Assembly (NCBI GenBank): GCA_905612355.1
Contig: CAJQRU010000111.1
Span: forward strand, 1,690 to 65,689
Source of the DNA: an uncultured Gammaproteobacteria bacterium
Lineage (GTDB): Bacteria; Pseudomonadota; Gammaproteobacteria; Arenicellales; UBA868
Direction: 5' to 3'
DNA: 64,000 nucleotides
Shown here: positions 58,183-64,000 of the stretch, in pieces
Position numbering within the stretch: position 1 is the stretch's first letter
How the letters are laid out: each line of letters opens with the position of its first letter
Program-made: the position numbers and the translations under genes
The notes under the pieces: generated by a model
Database searches by the model: none
What the model was told of the DNA's origin: nothing
What the model saw: only the letters and a program-made list of their open reading frames with translations

Positions 58183-59637
58183 ATGAAAACGATCCCCAAA
58201 ATGCTTTTGACGGCCGCGTTGGCACTCAGCGCGAGCGTGGTCACGCCGTCAACGTATGCGGCAGAATTGCCTCCGGCCGCCGCTCGTAGCCCGATCGTGG
58301 TGTATCCACAGTTGGCTACCCGCAGCGCCGGTGCCAACGTGAGCAGTGCACTCCTGGAACGCCTGCGTGAGTTACGCATCTTAAGGGTGCTGGTCGGTCT
58401 TGATCTGAAACATACGCCCAGTCATCGATTGAGCGAGGTCGAGAGCATTCGCCAGCGTGCTGACCTGATGGCGATGCAGGACGCCCTGATCAAGCGTACC
58501 TTCGGCGCACGTCAAGATGGCGTGATTGCCCGCTTTGAAGATATTCCCTACCTGACATTAGAGGTGTCGGAGCACCAACTAAGACGCCTGTTGACTGATC
58601 CGAACGTGCATTCTGTACAGGAAGACGGGCTGGCCGCTCCCATGCTCAGGGAAAGTACCAAGCTGATCCGTGCCAAACGCGTGTGGGGCCCAAAGTTCGA
58701 ATTGCGCGGTAAAGGCCAGACCATTGCCATTCTCGATACCGGTAGCAATCACCCGAAGATGCTGAAAAAGAATCGCATCGTGGCCGGGGGTTGTTACTCA
58801 TCGAACCATCCTGGTTACGGCTCGAAGTCCCTCTGCCCCGGTGGTGTCGAAGTCAAGAACAATGCGGCAGCCGGCAAGAACTGCCCGGAATCCATTGCCG
58901 GTTGTGACCATGGAACGCACGTGGCCACGATCGCCGCTGGCAACAGTGGCAAGCTCAAAGGCGTTGCGCGAGAGGCGAATATTATTCGTATGCAGGTGTT
59001 CAGCCAGTTCAACAGCAGTGTTTATTGTGGACGTTCGGTACCTTGCATCATGTCATTCACATCAGACCAGGTTAAGGCACTGGAGCGCATCTACAAATTG
59101 CGCAAGAAACACCATATTGCGGCGGTCAATCTGAGCATAGGCAGTGGAAATTACGCAAGCTACTGTGATGGCAACCAGCCGGCAATGACTGAGATTATTG
59201 ATCGCCTGACCGACGCCGGTGTGGCGGTGGTGGTGGCAGGAGGCAACAGCAACATTCCGACGTACGCGTTTGGTTACACCAGTTTTCCCGCGTGCATCAA
59301 GAATGCGATTGCTGTTGGCAACACCACAAAGACTGATGGCGTATCGGTTTTCTCAAGTCATTCCGATCTCATTGACCTGTTGGCACCCGGGGAGAATATC
59401 TACGCCGGTCTCCCGGGTCGCCGCTATGGCACCAAGAGCGGTACCTCGATGGCAGCGCCCCACGTGGCGGGCGCCATCGCGCTGCTGAAGGGCTATCGGC
59501 CTAAAGCCACGGTAACCGAATTAGTCACGGCGCTTAAGTGCAGCGGCGACTTGCTCTCTGCCGCAGGCATTGCTAAGCCTCGAGTGGATGTGCGCAAAGC
59601 CTACCGTTTCTTAAAAAAGAACAGAACGAGTTGTTAA
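58183..59637 (+). CDS. subtilisin-like serine protease (peptidase S8), secreted
   Basis: Signal peptide MKTIPKMLLTAALALSASVVTPSTYA. Catalytic triad motifs AILDTGS, HGTHVATIAAG and GTSMAAPHVAG. Confidence 0.9.
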   Translation: MKTIPKMLLTAALALSASVVTPSTYAAELPPAAARSPIVVYPQLATRSAGANVSSALLERLRELRILRVLVGLDLKHTPSHRLSEVESIRQRADLMAMQDALIKRTFGARQDGVIARFEDIPYLTLEVSEHQLRRLLTDPNVHSVQEDGLAAPMLRESTKLIRAKRVWGPKFELRGKGQTIAILDTGSNHPKMLKKNRIVAGGCYSSNHPGYGSKSLCPGGVEVKNNAAAGKNCPESIAGCDHGTHVATIAAGNSGKLKGVAREANIIRMQVFSQFNSSVYCGRSVPCIMSFTSDQVKALERIYKLRKKHHIAAVNLSIGSGNYASYCDGNQPAMTEIIDRLTDAGVAVVVAGGNSNIPTYAFGYTSFPACIKNAIAVGNTTKTDGVSVFSSHSDLIDLLAPGENIYAGLPGRRYGTKSGTSMAAPHVAGAIALLKGYRPKATVTELVTALKCSGDLLSAAGIAKPRVDVRKAYRFLKKNRTSC

Positions 59638-59782
59638 TCTAAGGTGAACGCGTGCCCGGGCATTGATGTACCGGGCGCGCACTCAAGGCTGCGGTAGTTT
59701 CAGCCAGTGTGAGATTTGGTATTTGAGGGGCTGGGTGGCGACAATAGCGCCGGGGATTCGATCCCCCCCAAGACTATCGCCA

Positions 59783-62002
59783 ATGACCAACCGACTTCAC
59801 ACTCTAACTTCGAACTGGACTCGGTTGATCCCGTTCTTGCTGCTATTGCTGGCGCTGGCGATCAGAGCCTATGAACCGGCGCTGGTGACGCAACTGCGCC
59901 TGGCGATATTCGATCAGTACCAGTCCATCAAGCCGAGGGAGTTCACGCCGCTACCAGTGCGTATTGTTGATATCGATGAAGAGAGCCTTAAGCGCCTCGG
60001 CCAGTGGCCCTGGCCGCGCGATATTCTGGCGCAGGTGGTGTCGCGTGCCGCGCAAGCCGGGGCCGCCGTCGTGGTGCTCGACGTGCTCCTCGCCGAGCCC
60101 GATCGCCTTTCACCATCGAATTGGCTGCGCCTGTTACCCACCGGGAGCGAATATGAACAGTTGCGCAAGGCCCTGGCGGCCCAGCCAAGCCCGGACCAGG
60201 TACTGGCGGATAGCCTTGGCAGTGCCGATGCGGTGGTTGGTTTCGCTTTGACTGCGAAGGCGGGTACCAGTGGGCCAAGGCCCCCGGCATTGAAAGGGGG
60301 CTATGCGGAGGCGGGGGATCCTTCGGGTCCGTTTATGTTGGCATTCGGTGGTCACGTGCCGGCGTTGGCAGCGTTGCAGGCAACCGCCGGTGGCTACGGC
60401 GCGTTGAGTCTGGTGCCCGATGCCGACGGTGTTGTCCGGCGCGCGCCCCTGTTTGTTACGGTAGCAGACCAGGTGGTGCCCTCGATTGATGCCGAAGCGT
60501 TGCGGGTCGCGCAGGGCGCATCGACCTATGTTGTTAAGTCGACCAACGCCAGCGGTGAGGCGAGCTGGGGCGGTGCCGGTGGTGTAGTCAGTGCGCGGAT
60601 TGGCGCGTTGACCGTGCCGACTGACCGCCATGGGCGCGTGTGGATACGTTATGCCGCAGAGCTGGCAACACCAGTACCGGTCTGGCAACTGCTGAATGGG
60701 AATGTCGATCCGGCGTCGCTCGCCGGTCACATTGTGTTGCTTGGCTCCACGGCCGCGGGTCTCGCACGCCCCCAACCGACGCCGCTCGGTACGATGGCCT
60801 CGGCTATTCAGATTCGGGCACAGCTGCTCGAGACGCTCATCAGTGAGGATTTTCTTAAGCGCCCGGACTGGGCCAATGGTGCCGAGATTCTCCTGGCATT
60901 AATGCTGGGGTTAGCCTTGCTGTGGTTGTTGCCAAAATGGGGTCCGTTGTGGTGTGCACTCATCGCATTGGCCGCCGTGGGTAGCGCCATTGGCGGCTCG
61001 TGGCTGGCGTTTGCACACCAGGGTTTGCTGCTCGATCCGGCGTATTTTTCCTTCGTGATTCTGGTGGTGTACCTCGCGCAATCGCTTAAGGTGTATTTCT
61101 CGAGCGAAAGCGAGAGACGCTATGTGCGCAGCGCGTTCTCACGTTATCTTTCTCCCGCTTTAGTCGAAGACCTGGCGCGCGATCCCGCTCGCTTGCGCCT
61201 GGGTGGCGAGACGCGCGATCTTTCAATCATGTTCTGCGACATTCGCGGCTTTACCAAGATCTCAGAGCGTTATTCCCCGCAAGACCTGACCCGTCTTATT
61301 AATCGCTTTCTGACACCCTTGACCCAGGCCATCCTCGATCGCAAGGGCACTATCGACAAGTACATGGGTGACTGCATCATGGCCTTCTGGAACGCGCCCA
61401 TCACAGTGCCCGGCCATGCCCGTGAGGCGTGTCACGCGGCGCTGGCCATGCTGGAGGCCCTGGCCGCACTAAACCGTGAACTCTCGGCCGAGGACGCGGA
61501 TAATCTGCGCATCGGCATCGGCATCAATACGGGCAGTGCACTGGTGGGGAATCTCGGGTCCGAACAGCGCTTTGATTATTCGGTCCTCGGCGATGCCGTC
61601 AATCTGGCCTCGCGCCTTGAAGGTCAATCGAAGACTTACGGAGTGGATGTGCTGCTCAACGAGAACGTTGTTGACTCAGCACCTGCCATGGCAACACTGG
61701 AACTCGACCTGGTGCAGGTCGTCGGCAAGTCTGAACCCGCCCGCATTTTTACGCTGCTGGGCAACGAGACGCTTGCCGCATCCGCTGCCTTCCAGACATT
61801 GCGAGCGGACCAAGCCAGGATGCTAGGTGCCTACCGTGCGCGCGAATGGGATATGGCCTGTCAGGTGCTCGATCAACTTCGCCAATCGGGGTGGGACGCC
61901 TTGGATGGATATTTCACGATGTTTCGCGAACGAGTGCAAACGTTCAAAGTATCGCCGCCAGGCAGTGATTGGGATGGCGTGGAACGGCGCTTGAGTAAAT
62001 AG
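59783..62002 (+). CDS. CHASE2-domain membrane sensor fused to class III adenylate/guanylate cyclase
   Basis: CHASE2 hallmark VRIVDIDEESLKRLGQWPWPRD. TM helices follow the periplasmic domain. Cyclase motifs LSIMFCDIRGFT, DKYMGDCIMAFWNAP and GINTGSALVGNLGS. Confidence 0.9.
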   Translation: MTNRLHTLTSNWTRLIPFLLLLLALAIRAYEPALVTQLRLAIFDQYQSIKPREFTPLPVRIVDIDEESLKRLGQWPWPRDILAQVVSRAAQAGAAVVVLDVLLAEPDRLSPSNWLRLLPTGSEYEQLRKALAAQPSPDQVLADSLGSADAVVGFALTAKAGTSGPRPPALKGGYAEAGDPSGPFMLAFGGHVPALAALQATAGGYGALSLVPDADGVVRRAPLFVTVADQVVPSIDAEALRVAQGASTYVVKSTNASGEASWGGAGGVVSARIGALTVPTDRHGRVWIRYAAELATPVPVWQLLNGNVDPASLAGHIVLLGSTAAGLARPQPTPLGTMASAIQIRAQLLETLISEDFLKRPDWANGAEILLALMLGLALLWLLPKWGPLWCALIALAAVGSAIGGSWLAFAHQGLLLDPAYFSFVILVVYLAQSLKVYFSSESERRYVRSAFSRYLSPALVEDLARDPARLRLGGETRDLSIMFCDIRGFTKISERYSPQDLTRLINRFLTPLTQAILDRKGTIDKYMGDCIMAFWNAPITVPGHAREACHAALAMLEALAALNRELSAEDADNLRIGIGINTGSALVGNLGSEQRFDYSVLGDAVNLASRLEGQSKTYGVDVLLNENVVDSAPAMATLELDLVQVVGKSEPARIFTLLGNETLAASAAFQTLRADQARMLGAYRAREWDMACQVLDQLRQSGWDALDGYFTMFRERVQTFKVSPPGSDWDGVERRLSK

Positions 62003-62026
62003 GCGTGCAGCTGCTGGCGTGCCGAT

Positions 62027-63409
62027 TTAGAAGCGACCCATTAACCCGATGTTGGTGACCCAGTTCTCATTAGCAAAGTTCGGCAGATTGGAGTCCACTT
62101 CGCTGTAACCGACAGACACCATCAACGCGAGCGTCGCCGACATGGGTATCGACAGATTGGCACCGACCCTGATGGTGGTGTCCGACCGGCGGGTATCGGG
62201 ATCGACGGTGGGTGTGGCCGCGTCGTAATCCCGGCCGTAAAGCCCAAGGGACAGTGCCGTCGTCCAGGCTTGCTTGATGGCGCCAAATGGCGACGCGAAA
62301 CCGCGCTGCAAGGTGCCGGAGACACCGTGTTCCCAGTGAGAAGACGCCGCGTCATTGGTGTGCTCATTAAAACTGCTGATGCCAATCGTGGCCGCCGTTG
62401 TCTCTGATAGGGACAGACGCCTGGTAAGATCGATGCGGCTACGTAGGCCGTCAAGCGCGGACTGGCCACTACCGTCGTGCTCGCGATCCTCGATTCTGAC
62501 GGCGAATTGCCAGTCACCGCGTTGTTGGGATTGGTAACCCACACTGATACCGCCGCCTAAACTGCGGAACGTATCGATCCCGTCAAGGGCCAGCCGGTTC
62601 GCCACGAGGTAGGGGCGAATATCGAGTGACTCTCTTGGCTTGGGTGCCAAGCCAAGGTGCAAGCCACTTTGCAGTTCATAGAGCCGAGTGTTGAGCTGTT
62701 TCTGCGTGTCTTGTCGGTTGGCGTAGAGGGACAGGGTGGTCTCGAGTTTGAGGGCAGGATCCCGGTCGAAGTTATAGACGTGACTGATCTGGCCGGTGAG
62801 GTAGCCATCGGAGTCACTCTGCTGCGTGTACTGGTCATCCAGTACGGCCGTGTTGCCGAATAGTAAGATTTCGTTGCTGCCAGGACCACTGTTGGCATTG
62901 CTCTGGTAACGGATGCCACTCAACAGGGTGCCGGTGAGGTGGTGCGCGGAAGTGAGTGCATTGATCTTTACAAGCATCGTTTCTGCGTCAGCAATAACAT
63001 CGGCGGGTGCTTCAGGGTGTTTAATGACTTCGGACAGGTAAGTCTGTGCCATCGCGTAGGACTTGATCTGAAAATAGAGTGCACCAAGGCGCAGCCTGAT
63101 CTGGGGCAGGCCAGGATCAATGATCAACATTCTCTCAAGTGCCGCCAAGGCACCTTCGATGTCACCGATCTGAATAGCTAACTCGGCAAAATGAAACGTT
63201 TTGTCGAGGTTGCTTGCATCTTTGTACATCGTTCGAAACGCTTCATCGTAGCGTTGCTGGGGGGTGGGCGCTTCCTCGGCGATGAGCGGTAACGAGATAA
63301 GGCTAATCACAGCGAAACCCAACACCATGGTTAATCGAATAATTAAACAATGAGTCACCCGGTATGGGTAAGGGTTCGAGTCAACCTTTGCCATCGTCGA
63401 TTGACGCAT
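62027..63409 (-). CDS. TPR + DUF560 outer-membrane beta-barrel protein (Slam / type XI secretion-like)
   Basis: After the signal peptide comes an N-terminal TPR-like region (QRYDEAFRTMY...ALAALERMLIIDPGLPQIRLRLGALYFQIKSY). Then ~330 aa of amphipathic beta strands (LTGTLLSGIRYQSNANSGPG...) end in ...NIGLMGRF. The start is uncertain (63409, 63394 or the 63481 track start). Confidence 0.7.
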   Translation of the reverse strand: MRQSTMAKVDSNPYPYRVTHCLIIRLTMVLGFAVISLISLPLIAEEAPTPQQRYDEAFRTMYKDASNLDKTFHFAELAIQIGDIEGALAALERMLIIDPGLPQIRLRLGALYFQIKSYAMAQTYLSEVIKHPEAPADVIADAETMLVKINALTSAHHLTGTLLSGIRYQSNANSGPGSNEILLFGNTAVLDDQYTQQSDSDGYLTGQISHVYNFDRDPALKLETTLSLYANRQDTQKQLNTRLYELQSGLHLGLAPKPRESLDIRPYLVANRLALDGIDTFRSLGGGISVGYQSQQRGDWQFAVRIEDREHDGSGQSALDGLRSRIDLTRRLSLSETTAATIGISSFNEHTNDAASSHWEHGVSGTLQRGFASPFGAIKQAWTTALSLGLYGRDYDAATPTVDPDTRRSDTTIRVGANLSIPMSATLALMVSVGYSEVDSNLPNFANENWVTNIGLMGRF

Positions 63410-63575
63410 TACTCTCCCTAGGCCTCGTCGGTGAGGGTTGAGCGTATCCAGAAGAGCCGAGCTACACCAGCTTCTCCACACATTGCTAAAGGGTCCAGTA
63501 TTGCGGCCATATTGGCATGATCATGTCCTTCATAGCTGATGAAACGAGCGTTGCAATAACGGGTCATGGTCAATG

Positions 63576-63599
63576 GTTTCGATGTTTCGATGTTTCGAT
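63576..63599. repeat. 8-bp tandem repeat GTTTCGAT x3 in divergent intergenic region
   Basis: Reads GGTTTCGATGTTTCGATGTTTCGATG. Confidence 0.85.
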
Positions 63600-63828
63600 G
63601 TAATTATGCACACAAAACCTCTTGGGTTTATGATCTATCAGTCAGCTGATTATCGGTCTGGAGCGCGACACGATAGAAAGGATTAGAGGTGCGAGGTGAT
63701 ATGCCCACATTACAAACGTAAGATTAATGTCGTCCAAGACATTGGATTTTAATCGTACCTGTTCGACGCGATTGTGTGTTCGCGGTTTCCGGATGCCGAG
63801 AATTATTCCAGACGGTAGTATCTAGGAG

Positions 63829-64000
63829 ATGGCTAAGCGCTTTGGTGAGGGAATCATTCTGGCATTCGTTCTGATTTGGGTTGCCGCTTGTGGAAGTGGG
63901 GCGACAAGTTCAGGTTCGCGTTCTGGCGATGAGGGTGATCCCCCTGGCAAAGACTACGAGTACCTCCATCAGCACAACGCGGCCTTGCTTAATGGGAAAA
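63829..64000 (+). CDS. putative lipoprotein, N-terminal fragment (runs off window)
   Basis: AGGAG is followed by an ATG 3 nt downstream. Translation is MAKRFGEGIILAFVLIWVAAC|GSGATSSGSRSGDEGD..., with lipobox VAAC. The frame stays open to the window end. Confidence 0.6.
   Translation, partial: MAKRFGEGIILAFVLIWVAACGSGATSSGSRSGDEGDPPGKDYEYLHQHNAALLNGK

Noticed and set aside
60134-60775. 213-aa minus-strand ORF within the CHASE2 cyclase gene. Similar antisense ORFs occur at 49126-49620, 50493-51029, 44201-44695, 62122-62544 and 20723-21115.
   Set aside because: All of these are antisense to well-supported genes. They are Arg/Pro/Gly-rich and lack motifs.

Overview
This looks like a chromosomal segment of a marine-type gammaproteobacterium; the taxon is a guess from gene order and content. 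It splits into three parts.

(1) 1-13.7 kb is conserved housekeeping: kdsA(partial)-eno-ftsB, ygfZ, sdhCDAB-sdhE, lepB-rnc-era-recO-pdxJ, yggX and an A-type Fe-S carrier. A DmdA-like GcvT-family gene and a cysteine-rich repeat protein are interspersed.

(2) 13.8-32 kb is mixed metabolic and transport genes showing decay. It holds an ATP-grasp enzyme, a crotonase, a split ComDE-type TPP decarboxylase and Dpp/Opp-type ABC parts with no ATPase genes. It also holds a frameshifted CocE/NonD hydrolase, a flavoprotein cut by an in-frame TAA, OsmC, a PQQ sugar dehydrogenase and an MFS transporter.

(3) 32-64 kb is an accessory mosaic. Two identical ~0.76-kb direct repeats, each carrying a DUF411/CopG-like gene, bracket a 9-kb cassette (Liv-type ABC transporter, hydantoin-racemase-like, quinone oxidoreductase, ureidoglycolate-lyase-like). 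Two tRNA-Asn(GTT)-like pseudo-tRNA blocks with ~200 bp of conserved flank bracket a second segment holding DUF411 copy 2, a MetE-like gene, an IS3-family IS and a low-GC HExxH peptidase with a C-terminal beta-barrel.

Right of the second tRNA-like block lies the most interesting locus (47.5-63.5 kb). It contains a sensor-less hybrid histidine kinase/Hpt, a REC-fused GspE/PilB-type ATPase and a 626-aa type IV pilin-like protein with a ~480-aa repetitive extension. Next come a stand-alone reverse transcriptase, an ABM-like small protein and a FecR-domain protein with a Lys/Ala/Glu heptad stalk and a TbpB-like C-terminal barrel. The locus ends with an S8 subtilase, a CHASE2 class III nucleotide cyclase and a TPR+DUF560 (Slam/type XI secretion) outer-membrane protein. 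I found no CRISPR array, no rRNA, no canonical tRNA, and no integrase in the window. All functional calls rest on motif recognition by eye; no database search was run.
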